A DNA stretch of 64,000 nt, taken from the IMG/VR virus record IMGVR_UViG_3300025466_001905, positions 14,158-78,157 of that record; one strand, 5' to 3'. Both the position numbers and the translations under genes were made by a program. The notes beneath the pieces are model-generated. The model made no database searches. It saw nothing but the letters and a program-made list of their open reading frames with translations, and had not been told where the DNA came from. Positions within the stretch are counted from its first letter, which is position 1. Each line of letters begins with the position of its first letter. Positions 15,912-25,291 of this stretch are shown here, piece after piece. The DNA is from a virus.

Positions 15912-18114
15912 TATTGTACTTGTTGTAATAGTAATTCTCAAGCCATTCCCAATCAAAGCTGAGTTTTAATGCAGAGTAGTCACCGTTGACCTGTTCATAG
16001 TATTCTACTGCATCGCCTGCGCCTTGCAGACAATATTCGGCATTTTGCCCTTGTGCTCGACTACACCAAACTTTTAGTCTGTACTGTATTTCAGTGCCTG
16101 CACCTTGATCAACTTCTTGTTTGAGCTTTAGCACTTCTCTAAATGCACTTCGCCATGTGATCCAGGGATCTGTGTTAAATCTTGAAATACTGGCACAGAT
16201 AGGCACAACTTCGTGAGCTGCACTCAAAGTAAAATCCAGGCCTGGTACAGTGTCTAACACCAACTGTTTGTTGTACAAATTTATATTCATGGCACCATAT
16301 TCTAAACCATTCAAAGGGTTACGACTGTGGAAAATATAGTGCTTGGGTTGTTGCAAGCGATCTGGTGCAAAATCAAATTTAAATTCTGGCAAAACTTCAG
16401 TCTTGGCAAACACAGCAAAAAACCAAGGAGTTGAGCTCAATGCCGCAGCAGTTTTATACGCAAGTTCTCTGCCAGTTACTCCGTCACTGCGCAGAGCATG
16501 TGGGCATATAGACAACAAATTTTTCCAATTTTCTTCAGCCATTGGTTCACCATTGCTGATAAACACAATGTCAGATGGTGTTGCCTTGCAAATACGCTGA
16601 CTTCGATCTATATATGGATAATCATAGACCTGTGTTTTGACATAGGGTATTGCAGCTCTGGGCACTATCACAGTTTCTGCTCCTGAATCCAATGGCACAA
16701 CAGTTTTGGTTTGTTCTCTCCATAATGGCACAGTGGGCACAAAATTGTCATAATCATTGACTGTGAACAAGGCCAGTGGACCTGTCCAGGATCTTGTTTT
16801 GATTTGTTCCACATGTGTATCACTGTTGTGTGAAATTATTGGCATGGGTCTTCTAGGCACAGAAATGCCTACAAAATTCAAGTCATACCATTCTAACAAT
16901 TTACAATTTTCAGATCTAGACAAAAATGTTGGTGAGTGCATGAAAAATGTGTCACCAAACTTTTCTCCGTCAGATGCAAACACATGCAACATACCTGCTT
17001 GCCATTGTTCTGGATGCCAGGTAAAGTCAAAATTGCTGTAGTCACACACGCTGGAACATATCCAAACAAATTCGTGGCCATCTCTATTGGCACCGCGGGC
17101 AATGCGTTTCAATGTGTCCAAGTAGTTGTCAAAATATCTTACAATAGAAACGTTCTGATTGACTTGGTCAATTGTAATCTGTGCATTGTTGTCTAGATGA
17201 TCTATCACATAGGTCCATGCTGCTACTCTAGAAGTTTTGATACGTACCTGATCAATGTATTTGATTTCGGTGGCACCAGGCATGGAGTACACTGGTCCTC
17301 CTGTTTTTTGATGTTGTGTGGCAAATTGGTAGATATAGGGTGGCGATCCTGGATCTGGTACCCAACTGAAATCTACTTCGCCCACATCCACTGTGTCAGG
17401 CACTGACCATTGACTGTAATCAGGCAATAGTTCGGCTCTGGGCCAGGTCATGAACTTTCTTTCCATTGCACCAGGCACACAATACTCGACCGTGGGCATA
17501 ATTTCAGCACGATGCCATTGGTTACCAAACACATAGATATAAGGCGGATCTCCTGGATCCGGTACCCAACTGAAATCCCAATGGCACTCAGTCAATACCT
17601 GCCATTGACAATGATACTTTTGTGGCAATTTAGCCAATGGTGACTGCATAAATTTGTACTCATTGGCACCAGGCACATGGTACTCGACCGTGGGCATCTT
17701 GGTAGCTGGGTACCATTGATTGCCAAACACATAGATATATGGTGGATCCCAAGGGTGTGGATGCCAGGTGTAATCAAACTCTATATTGGGCACCAGTTCC
17801 ACATAGTGCGGATCATTGATCAGTCTGCGAGTGGGTATGATGTGTTGATGAAATCGATATTGTACTTCTGTAACATGCGTGGGCACAAGATATGTGCCTG
17901 AATACTGATGATGTTGACTGGACCAAGTATGCGTAAAGTCTTTTTCCCAAGACACAGGTTCCCAAAGAAAATCAAAGTCAGTATAGTCCGCTAAGTAGTT
18001 GATCCACCAAAAATATCTGGTACGACTTAGTGTTCTTGCATGATCAATATCGGATGCCAGTTGCTCGTGAGGAAATACGTTGGGTTTTGTTCCAGAATAA
18101 AATACGTCAAACAT
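15898..18114 (-). CDS. Repeat-containing protein with C-terminal GT-A-like domain
   Basis: Tandem ~66-68 aa DF/YxWxP..PPYIY.F repeats; C-terminus (IVFISNGEP, GVTG, WRSAFRE) homologous to 41640-42569. Confidence 0.65.
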   Translation of the reverse strand: MFDVFYSGTKPNVFPHEQLASDIDHARTLSRTRYFWWINYLADYTDFDFLWEPVSWEKDFTHTWSSQHHQYSGTYLVPTHVTEVQYRFHQHIIPTRRLINDPHYVELVPNIEFDYTWHPHPWDPPYIYVFGNQWYPATKMPTVEYHVPGANEYKFMQSPLAKLPQKYHCQWQVLTECHWDFSWVPDPGDPPYIYVFGNQWHRAEIMPTVEYCVPGAMERKFMTWPRAELLPDYSQWSVPDTVDVGEVDFSWVPDPGSPPYIYQFATQHQKTGGPVYSMPGATEIKYIDQVRIKTSRVAAWTYVIDHLDNNAQITIDQVNQNVSIVRYFDNYLDTLKRIARGANRDGHEFVWICSSVCDYSNFDFTWHPEQWQAGMLHVFASDGEKFGDTFFMHSPTFLSRSENCKLLEWYDLNFVGISVPRRPMPIISHNSDTHVEQIKTRSWTGPLALFTVNDYDNFVPTVPLWREQTKTVVPLDSGAETVIVPRAAIPYVKTQVYDYPYIDRSQRICKATPSDIVFISNGEPMAEENWKNLLSICPHALRSDGVTGRELAYKTAAALSSTPWFFAVFAKTEVLPEFKFDFAPDRLQQPKHYIFHSRNPLNGLEYGAMNINLYNKQLVLDTVPGLDFTLSAAHEVVPICASISRFNTDPWITWRSAFREVLKLKQEVDQGAGTEIQYRLKVWCSRAQGQNAEYCLQGAGDAVEYYEQVNGDYSALKLSFDWEWLENYYYNKYNTKIW
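17270..17790 (-). repeat. Intragenic tandem repeat, ~200-bp units (3 copies)
   Basis: TACTCGACCGTGGGCAT at 17483 and 17681; GGTACCCAACTGAAATC at 17357 and 17561. Confidence 0.8.
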
Positions 18115-18115
18115 A

Positions 18116-19207
18116 ATGATTAGAATAGATGAAATTTACAACAATACATTTTGGCCTTGGCTGAGAAAAAACAAAGTTGGAGCCAGATTATTTTTTTGTG
18201 ATCCGCCCGGCAAGGCCGATGTAGACAGTCTATTTAATCTTGGTTCTGACAACATGGTAGAAACTGACTATGTTTTTTTGCATGATCAAGAACCTGTGCA
18301 TTTGGATTTGCATAAACCCTTGTTTGATGCAGTGATAAGTCGTAACCAGGACATACACTGTAAACCGCAAGGACACATAATTGTCAGTGAACAAGGCGAA
18401 TATGTTGACCAATTATTGGCCATGTACGGTTGGCAGAGTCATTATTATTTTTACCATGGGTGGGCATGTAAAGATTGGTTTCGTGGGTATGACAAAACTT
18501 TTCTGATTGATCGGGCTCGAAATCGACAACCCACAAAAACTTTTATTAGTCCCAATCGTATTATTGCAGGCAAACGCGATCATCGAGTGTTGTTTCTTTA
18601 CCATGTGTTTAAAAATCAACTTGAACATAATTGGATATCTGCTCCACGCACATGTGTTTATGAAAATGTAGATATATCTGTCATAGCTAGCAAGTATAAT
18701 AGCATATACACAGACATAGAGCAAGTGTTATTGTCGGCACAATTGCCCAGGCTGTTCCCTGGAGAACATGTTCAACATATGACCAGTTGTTGGTTGACCA
18801 ATTTTGACGAAGCAGCAGACAGTCTTGTGTATGTGCCAACCGAAACAGTATATTTTGGACGTAGGCTACACATAACAGAAAAAACTTTCAAAGCCATAGC
18901 CTTAGAAATGCCATTTGTGCTGGTTGCTCCTGCTCATAGTTTGCGTTACATGAGAAGTTATGGATTTCAAACGTTCAAAGGCATATTCGACGAAAGCTAC
19001 GACGACGAAACCGACGATATCATTCGCATTGAAAAAGTTACAAAATTATTGACTGATCTAGATAATATGACAGTCAAAGAACGACAAGAGATACATCGTG
19101 CTTGTTTGCCTGTAGTGGAACACAATTTTGAACACTTTTATGGTTCAGGGTTTGACCAGATACTATGGGCAGAGCTGAAGGATATGTTGCATGAGCTTGC
19201 CATTTAA
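18116..19207 (+). CDS. GT10-like ('TEK' motif) putative glycosyltransferase
   Basis: ETVY...ITEKTFKAI...PF...GFQTF...FDESYD. Confidence 0.6.
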   Translation: MIRIDEIYNNTFWPWLRKNKVGARLFFCDPPGKADVDSLFNLGSDNMVETDYVFLHDQEPVHLDLHKPLFDAVISRNQDIHCKPQGHIIVSEQGEYVDQLLAMYGWQSHYYFYHGWACKDWFRGYDKTFLIDRARNRQPTKTFISPNRIIAGKRDHRVLFLYHVFKNQLEHNWISAPRTCVYENVDISVIASKYNSIYTDIEQVLLSAQLPRLFPGEHVQHMTSCWLTNFDEAADSLVYVPTETVYFGRRLHITEKTFKAIALEMPFVLVAPAHSLRYMRSYGFQTFKGIFDESYDDETDDIIRIEKVTKLLTDLDNMTVKERQEIHRACLPVVEHNFEHFYGSGFDQILWAELKDMLHELAI

Positions 19208-20351
19208 TTTTGTCACTGACAACATTGTAAAAAACAAAATATATCCAGCCTTGGCCCAGTGGCAGGCACAACCATACACAAAAGAATGGCGAGATTTTGT
19301 ACGCCATTGGCCAAACACAGTGCCCATAGAACTACTGGAACACTGTAGAGCTCACAATTACCCACACAACATATCCACTACCGGGCTGGGATTTTATGCC
19401 ATTGGCCTGGGATTTTTTAATTTTGATGTTGATTATTTTGACCTAATACCGCACTGGGTTTTAGAAAACAACAACAAAATACTATTTTACTATCACGAAG
19501 GTGACAATCCTTATAGAATAAAACAACGTCTGGACGAACTTTGTTATATTCATCAGTTGCCAGTGGATTGCTATCGTTTTGTCAGTGGCAATACCGCAGC
19601 CGATAATATTCCAGGATTTGTTTACTTTGCAGATCATGAGTTGTTGTACTGGAATCGAAATCGCACAGTGCCTGCTTGTGCTCTGAATTTTGCTCCAAGA
19701 TCAAAAGAATTCACAGTATTGTCTCGTACACACAAATGGTGGCGAGCCACTGTGATGACTGATATGATTCGTAATCAAATATTGACCAACAGTTTTTGGA
19801 GTTATAATACAGATATCTCTTTAGATGAGTTGCCCAACGACAACCCCATTGAAATTGATACGCTTGATATCAGCACAGATATAACTGATTTTTTAGCAGG
19901 AGCACCTTACACATGTGATACTCAAACTCAAGAACAGCACAATGATCACAGTCAAACTGAACTTGCACACTACTGTGATTCTTATTGTAGTGTTGTTTTA
20001 GAAACTCATTACGATGCTGATCAAAGCGGGGGTGCTTTTTTGACCGAAAAAACATTCAAACCTATCAAGCACGGTCAACCATTTGTGATTGTGGGCGCAC
20101 CAGGAAGTTTAGAAACTTTGAGAAAATTAGGCTACAAAACTTTTGATCAAGTGATAGACTCAAGCTATGATAACATACAGAACAACACTCACCGTTGGCA
20201 AAAGACACTCCAGGTTATCAAACAATTGCAACAACAAGATATGCATAAAATTTTATTGGCCTGCCAGGCAGATCTTAAACACAACCAAGAATTATTTTTG
20301 TCATCAAAATACACAAGATTAAATAGCTTACTTGAAAGATTACATGATTAA
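19191..20351 (+). CDS. GT10-like ('TEK' motif) putative glycosyltransferase
   Basis: VLET...FLTEKTFKPI...PF...GYKTF...IDSSYD. Confidence 0.6.
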   Translation: MSLPFNFVTDNIVKNKIYPALAQWQAQPYTKEWRDFVRHWPNTVPIELLEHCRAHNYPHNISTTGLGFYAIGLGFFNFDVDYFDLIPHWVLENNNKILFYYHEGDNPYRIKQRLDELCYIHQLPVDCYRFVSGNTAADNIPGFVYFADHELLYWNRNRTVPACALNFAPRSKEFTVLSRTHKWWRATVMTDMIRNQILTNSFWSYNTDISLDELPNDNPIEIDTLDISTDITDFLAGAPYTCDTQTQEQHNDHSQTELAHYCDSYCSVVLETHYDADQSGGAFLTEKTFKPIKHGQPFVIVGAPGSLETLRKLGYKTFDQVIDSSYDNIQNNTHRWQKTLQVIKQLQQQDMHKILLACQADLKHNQELFLSSKYTRLNSLLERLHD

Positions 20352-21363
20352 CAGTTATACCAGTTGGCAGCCTTTGCAAGAAGTCATAGTAGGTCGGGCT
20401 TACTCACCTGACTATTTTGATTTTATCGAAAATGCTCAAGTTCGAAATCAACTACAACAAATATTGTCAGAGACCGAAGAAGATTTAGATAATCTTCAAC
20501 GTACCATTGAGACCTATGGCGCTCGAGTACGCAGGCCCAGGCTGATGGACAAGGACCACTTTCAAAGTCAACAGATACTCGGGCAAGGAGCACCTTTGCC
20601 CCCGTTGACTCCAAGAGACTGGCAAATTACCTTGGGACAAAAACTGCTTAGAGTGTTGCCAATGAATGAATTGGATGAAATATGTCAGGAATACTCGGAC
20701 CAGGTAATCAACCCTCACGGCGAGAACTGGGATCCTGACTGTGTATTAAATGGTGCCAGTGCTAGTTGCATTGTGCGTGTGGGGCGTGATGTGTTTTTTG
20801 ACAACAGTGATTTTCTTAGACCAGATCAAACACAATGGATTGTTAAAAATTGTCTGGGTCCAGAATATAGAATCCATGAAGCCATAACCGACGGACACGG
20901 TGATGCAGTGTTTGCTATCTTGAAACCTGGAGTTATATTATCTAGCAAGCATGATATGCATCTGTATCTGGCAGACGATTTTCCAGGATGGGAAGTATTG
21001 AAGATATGGGATTCCAGCATATGGGCTGCCATGGAAATTGGCAAATTCAAATACGAGACCAGTCCTGGTGCTTGGTATGTGCAAGGTCAGACCCCCACAC
21101 CAGAATTCACACAGTTTGTAGATACTTACTTGAACAAATGGACAGGATTTGTAGCCGAAACAGTGTTTGACGTCAACTGTCTTGTGTTAGATGAAGAAAA
21201 TGTTATTTTTAGTGCCTACAATAAAAATGTTTTTGATTTCTGTAAAAAACATAGAATTAATCCTATTATTTCAGAACTACGACACAGTTATTTTTGGGAT
21301 GGCGGAATCAGCTGTTGCACACAAGATTTGTGTAGACTTGGATCGCTAGAAACTTATTTGTGA
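20344..21363 (+). CDS. Amidinotransferase family protein (glycine / inosamine-phosphate amidinotransferase-like)
   Basis: NSYTSWQPLQEVIVG, TPRD, GHGD, FDVN, C-terminal GGISCCT carrying the catalytic Cys. Confidence 0.85.
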   Translation: MINSYTSWQPLQEVIVGRAYSPDYFDFIENAQVRNQLQQILSETEEDLDNLQRTIETYGARVRRPRLMDKDHFQSQQILGQGAPLPPLTPRDWQITLGQKLLRVLPMNELDEICQEYSDQVINPHGENWDPDCVLNGASASCIVRVGRDVFFDNSDFLRPDQTQWIVKNCLGPEYRIHEAITDGHGDAVFAILKPGVILSSKHDMHLYLADDFPGWEVLKIWDSSIWAAMEIGKFKYETSPGAWYVQGQTPTPEFTQFVDTYLNKWTGFVAETVFDVNCLVLDEENVIFSAYNKNVFDFCKKHRINPIISELRHSYFWDGGISCCTQDLCRLGSLETYL

Positions 21364-22349
21364 TGTATGCCATATCTGATATCAAAAAATTACATTTGGA
21401 AATTTCCAGTCTGTGCAATGCATCCTGTCCTTCATGTCCTAGAAATTTCCACGGATACCCATACAATCACGGCTATACTGAACGCAATCTAACGTTGGCT
21501 GACGTCAAACAAATTTTTTGTGTGGAATTTGTTCAACAACTGTCAGAGATACTGATCAATGGCAACTACGGCGATCTTGTAATGAATCCTGAAAGTTTGG
21601 ATATCATTGAGTATTTCAGACAACACAACAGTCATGCACATATTCCTATTTCAACCAATGGATCTGCCAGGAACAAACAATTTTGGCAACACTTGGCCAA
21701 ACTAGACACCAAAGTTTATTTTTGCCTGGACGGTCTTGAAGACACACATAGTTTATACAGAGTCAATACCAATTTTGCCACAGTGATAAAAAATGCCAAG
21801 ACTTACATTGATGCAGGCGGACATGCAGTATGGAAAATGATTCCGTTTGATCACAATAGGCACCAAATACAACAGGCTCAACAACTCAGCAGAGATTTAG
21901 GATTCAAAGATTTTATTGTAACAGATTATGGTCGCAACAACACTCCAGTTTTTGATAAAAATGGCGATTTAACTCATGTGATTGGAGAACCAAATCAAAC
22001 CAATTTTGCTGTGATGTTTTCGGCCTACAAAAGAAAGTTTGACAACTGTTCTAACCTGTTTGATTCTACTCCAATCAAAGATCCTATAACCTGCGAAGCT
22101 CAAACAGACAAATCCATCTATGTATCCAGCACAGGAGAAGTATTTCCCTGTTGTTACATCGGCGATACCATTGACATTGCCAAGAATTGGCAAATGAAAA
22201 AGCTTAAAAAAGAAAACAATGCATTGCACCACAGTTTGGAACAGTGTATCCAATGGTTCGCTGTTATTGAATCTTCTTGGTCTCAGCCCACATGGGCTCA
22301 AGGGCGCATGGTGGTTTGCAACAATGCTTGCGGCAGTAAAAATTTATAG
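21363..22349 (+). CDS. Radical SAM protein with C-terminal twitch/SPASM Cys cluster
   Basis: CNASCPSC, STNG, C-terminal C...GEVFPCC...C..AC. Confidence 0.88.
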   Translation: MYAISDIKKLHLEISSLCNASCPSCPRNFHGYPYNHGYTERNLTLADVKQIFCVEFVQQLSEILINGNYGDLVMNPESLDIIEYFRQHNSHAHIPISTNGSARNKQFWQHLAKLDTKVYFCLDGLEDTHSLYRVNTNFATVIKNAKTYIDAGGHAVWKMIPFDHNRHQIQQAQQLSRDLGFKDFIVTDYGRNNTPVFDKNGDLTHVIGEPNQTNFAVMFSAYKRKFDNCSNLFDSTPIKDPITCEAQTDKSIYVSSTGEVFPCCYIGDTIDIAKNWQMKKLKKENNALHHSLEQCIQWFAVIESSWSQPTWAQGRMVVCNNACGSKNL

Positions 22350-22994
22350 ATCTATTTGAATACACTGTTGTTTGTTAGAGTGTGACAACAAGCTGTTGTG
22401 AACAGTGTGGGCTAGCCGCAGATTAAATTCTGGCGAAAGATGATTGTGATACTGATGCATTAACTTTTTAATATCTTCTCTATCGCCCCATGTGTTGGGT
22501 TGCCCGCCTGCAGATGTAACTGCAATATGCAACAATGGTGTATCAAATTTAATGCCTTCCAGTATGGAAAAATACTGCTGCGTATTTGGAAAACACTGCA
22601 AATGCACAACTTTTTTTCCTTGCATCAATTGGTTCAGCTCATAAAACCATTGTTGCATACACCAAGTTGTTACGTCGTCGGTTTGTATATAAGTATGCCA
22701 TATTTTTTTGGCCAGATCCCCATCGCTGGAGGGAATACTAAAAATAGGATTGCTGCTTAGTAATCTGTTTGGATCAGTATGGCAAAAAACAAAATATTCA
22801 GTTTCTTCAAACTTGTGAGATTTCATATAATCCAGTAGATGTTTACGTACTGGCCACCATCCTTGTCCAGCAAATCCATACCCTTCCAATTGTAAACTAC
22901 AAAGCTCTGCTAGTTTTGCGGGCCAGTGTTTTTCAATGTTTTCTCTGTGAAAACAATAACTATCGCCTGCTATGTAAATGTAACTCACGAACAC
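22344..22994 (-). CDS. SGNH-hydrolase-like protein
   Basis: AGDSY block I, GFAGQG, C-terminal NH. Confidence 0.55.
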   Translation of the reverse strand: MFVSYIYIAGDSYCFHRENIEKHWPAKLAELCSLQLEGYGFAGQGWWPVRKHLLDYMKSHKFEETEYFVFCHTDPNRLLSSNPIFSIPSSDGDLAKKIWHTYIQTDDVTTWCMQQWFYELNQLMQGKKVVHLQCFPNTQQYFSILEGIKFDTPLLHIAVTSAGGQPNTWGDREDIKKLMHQYHNHLSPEFNLRLAHTVHNSLLSHSNKQQCIQIDL

Positions 22995-24484
22995 ACCTTA
23001 ACATTGTACAACTGTTCAAATTGATCTGCATCTCTACGGTCATTGATCATGGGCTCACCTCGTATGTTAAGACTAGTATTCAACAACATAGGACACCCAG
23101 TGATCACAAACCATTTTTCCAATAGTTCTCTTATGCCGGATCTGTCAGGCGGCACAGTCTGAATCCTACTAGTTCCATCCACATGAACAATAGCAGGAAA
23201 TAAATCAGGGCGCCGACAACGGCCTACAATTTGCATATACCTACTGTCACTCCAGCCGCTGGGCATATCAAAGTACTGATCAACAAGTTCTTCCAATATA
23301 ACAGGAGCAAACGGTCTAAATTTTTGTCTACGTTTGATTTCATTCACAAGGTCCTTTATTTTGTCTCCTCTTGGGTCTGCCAGCAAACTTCTATTTCCTA
23401 GTGCTCGCGGCCCAAACTCTGCTCGACCACTAGCCACCCCAACAATATGATCACTAAGAAGCCGATCAAGTATATCATTAGTTGGATAGCAGCCATCGAT
23501 ATTATGCCCAAGAGAAGCACTGTGCCAATTAATAGGTCCGCCATATACCAGTGCTGCGGCGCCAAGGCTAGACCCAGCATCACCAGGATTAGGCATAATC
23601 CAAATGTTTTCAAAATATTTCCCCAAGTTTCTATTAGCCAGGCAGTTGAGTGCAACACCGCCCATGTAAACCAAGTTAGAGCTCCAACAAAAATCTCTAG
23701 CTCTCTTCATTACATTATATATCAAGTTTTCAGCTAGGTCTTGACTCATTGCAGCAATATCTTCGTTCTCTGCATGTGACATAAAATCAGCGTCAACGCC
23801 AATGTGCAAGTTTTGTTTGAATGTTACAGCATGTTCGTCTTCCACCAGACGTCTTTTCAGCAAGTCTCCAAGGCCTTGCCCACCGTAGGCACTCATGCCC
23901 ATCATGATGTATTCTTCTTCGCCGGCTTTGAGTCCCACACGATCAGTCATTGCTGAGTAAAACAGTCCTATGCTGTGCGGATAGCGTTGCCCCCAAAGTT
24001 TGGTATACTGTGCTCGACCGTTGACATATTCTGCGCCCCAAATTGTTATGGTATCTAGTTCACCAATGGCATCTATAACAACAACTGTGGCCTTTGTGTA
24101 GGGGCTGGTTTGGAATCCGGCGGCAGCGTGCGATAAATGATGGGACATGAATCTCCGAGGGCATCGTAGTAGTCGTTCCTGATGAACAGATACAGATAAA
24201 TGTTTACGCAAATACTGATCAAGAGTGAAATTTTTAAAATCAAAGGCTTCATGATATTGTCCTGACTGTAGTTGTTGTAATTTTTTGATCCAAGGACGCT
24301 CGTAGTAGGCCACAAGATCTGGATTGCCATAACTTAATGCGTCTGATACTAGTGCATCATTTATATGGGCATCATTCTTGATCTTGCTGTAACGTTCTGC
24401 ATGTCCAGCAAATAAAATGTCACCGTTGTCAATCAATGACACTGCAGCATCATGAAATCCAGCACTTATACCTAGTATCTTCAT
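22985..24484 (-). CDS. O-carbamoyltransferase (NodU/CmcH/TobZ family)
   Basis: HDAA, ERYSK, HHLSHAA, DAIGE, GGVALNC, GDAG, EFGPRALGNRS, FRPFAP, HVDGTSRIQT, LNTSLN..GEP. Confidence 0.95.
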   Translation of the reverse strand: MKILGISAGFHDAAVSLIDNGDILFAGHAERYSKIKNDAHINDALVSDALSYGNPDLVAYYERPWIKKLQQLQSGQYHEAFDFKNFTLDQYLRKHLSVSVHQERLLRCPRRFMSHHLSHAAAGFQTSPYTKATVVVIDAIGELDTITIWGAEYVNGRAQYTKLWGQRYPHSIGLFYSAMTDRVGLKAGEEEYIMMGMSAYGGQGLGDLLKRRLVEDEHAVTFKQNLHIGVDADFMSHAENEDIAAMSQDLAENLIYNVMKRARDFCWSSNLVYMGGVALNCLANRNLGKYFENIWIMPNPGDAGSSLGAAALVYGGPINWHSASLGHNIDGCYPTNDILDRLLSDHIVGVASGRAEFGPRALGNRSLLADPRGDKIKDLVNEIKRRQKFRPFAPVILEELVDQYFDMPSGWSDSRYMQIVGRCRRPDLFPAIVHVDGTSRIQTVPPDRSGIRELLEKWFVITGCPMLLNTSLNIRGEPMINDRRDADQFEQLYNVKVCS

Positions 24485-24582
24485 TTATAGATAAAAGGAT
24501 CTCGTTTGCGCAGTTCTTTTAATTTTTTTCTATAACGTATTTCCAACTGTATACGTGCTATTAGTTTCTTAATCCAATTCAT
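24481..24582 (-). CDS. 33-aa basic peptide ending DPFIYK (SxtK-like carbamoyltransferase-associated; not in ORF track)
   Basis: MNWIKKLIARIQLEIRYRKKLKELRKRDPFIYK*; AGGA SD; its stop overlaps the carbamoyltransferase ATG (ATGA). Confidence 0.75.
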   Translation of the reverse strand: MNWIKKLIARIQLEIRYRKKLKELRKRDPFIYK

Positions 24583-25291
24583 TGTTTTTTTCCTTTTGCC
24601 TAGCAGCCAGTTCAGGGTCATAGTAAGGAACCATACAAAATGTAATAGTACCTTTGTCCACCGTGGTCCCCCGTCGAAATGCCATGACTGTTTCTATATT
24701 ATAGTAATTATACCTAGCGTCAATGGGTTGATCCCATTTGAGACCAGATCCCACTGCAGTACCATTGTTTATCTGATAGTTAGGTTCCACAGAACCAGCA
24801 AATTCATGCCAGTCAGAATTCCAATCCAAAAGATAAGGCAGTATTATTGCACGCCATCCTGGCGCCATGCGAGCACGCCATGGCCAAAATAACAAACGAA
24901 ATTGATATTCGTAAGGACTTGAATCTAGCAGTCCATGCGAATCTGGTTGCATGGTCCACGGTCCCTGAGATCGATTGGCCCACTTTGTACCGTGTAACAT
25001 TTCAGGGTGCAAGAATCCACGATTAAAGTAGGTATCGTAGCCATCCAGATTTTCTGGTAACGGCATAGTATAGCCTATGTTGAGCAGGCCACGAAAGCCC
25101 AAGCAGTGTCGTATGGTATGCTGCAATCCAAAACCTTCTGGCAAATAATCTTTGATATTGCCTTTGAGATTTTTATACCAGCCAGGCAAGAAATTTTTCA
25201 CTGGTTGTGGCGCAGCACAATCAAGATACTGTATGTCAGGGTCTGACGAGTATTCCCATGCAAGATAATCAGTGACTTGAACTGTAGTCAT
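24569..25291 (-). CDS. Hypothetical protein
   Basis: ORF track; P.P....P.WYK, TIRHC, GY..PLP motifs; overlaps both neighbours. Confidence 0.7.
   Translation of the reverse strand: MTTVQVTDYLAWEYSSDPDIQYLDCAAPQPVKNFLPGWYKNLKGNIKDYLPEGFGLQHTIRHCLGFRGLLNIGYTMPLPENLDGYDTYFNRGFLHPEMLHGTKWANRSQGPWTMQPDSHGLLDSSPYEYQFRLLFWPWRARMAPGWRAIILPYLLDWNSDWHEFAGSVEPNYQINNGTAVGSGLKWDQPIDARYNYYNIETVMAFRRGTTVDKGTITFCMVPYYDPELAARQKEKNNELD

Noticed and set aside
17270-17790. Template/variable repeat pair of a diversity-generating retroelement
   Set aside because: In-frame tandem protein repeats; mismatches are not adenine-specific; no reverse transcriptase in the window
15898-18114. Invertible (phase-variable) segment explaining the lone minus-strand gene
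   Set aside because: No flanking inverted repeats found by eye, the gene end overlaps its neighbour, and no recombinase is in the window
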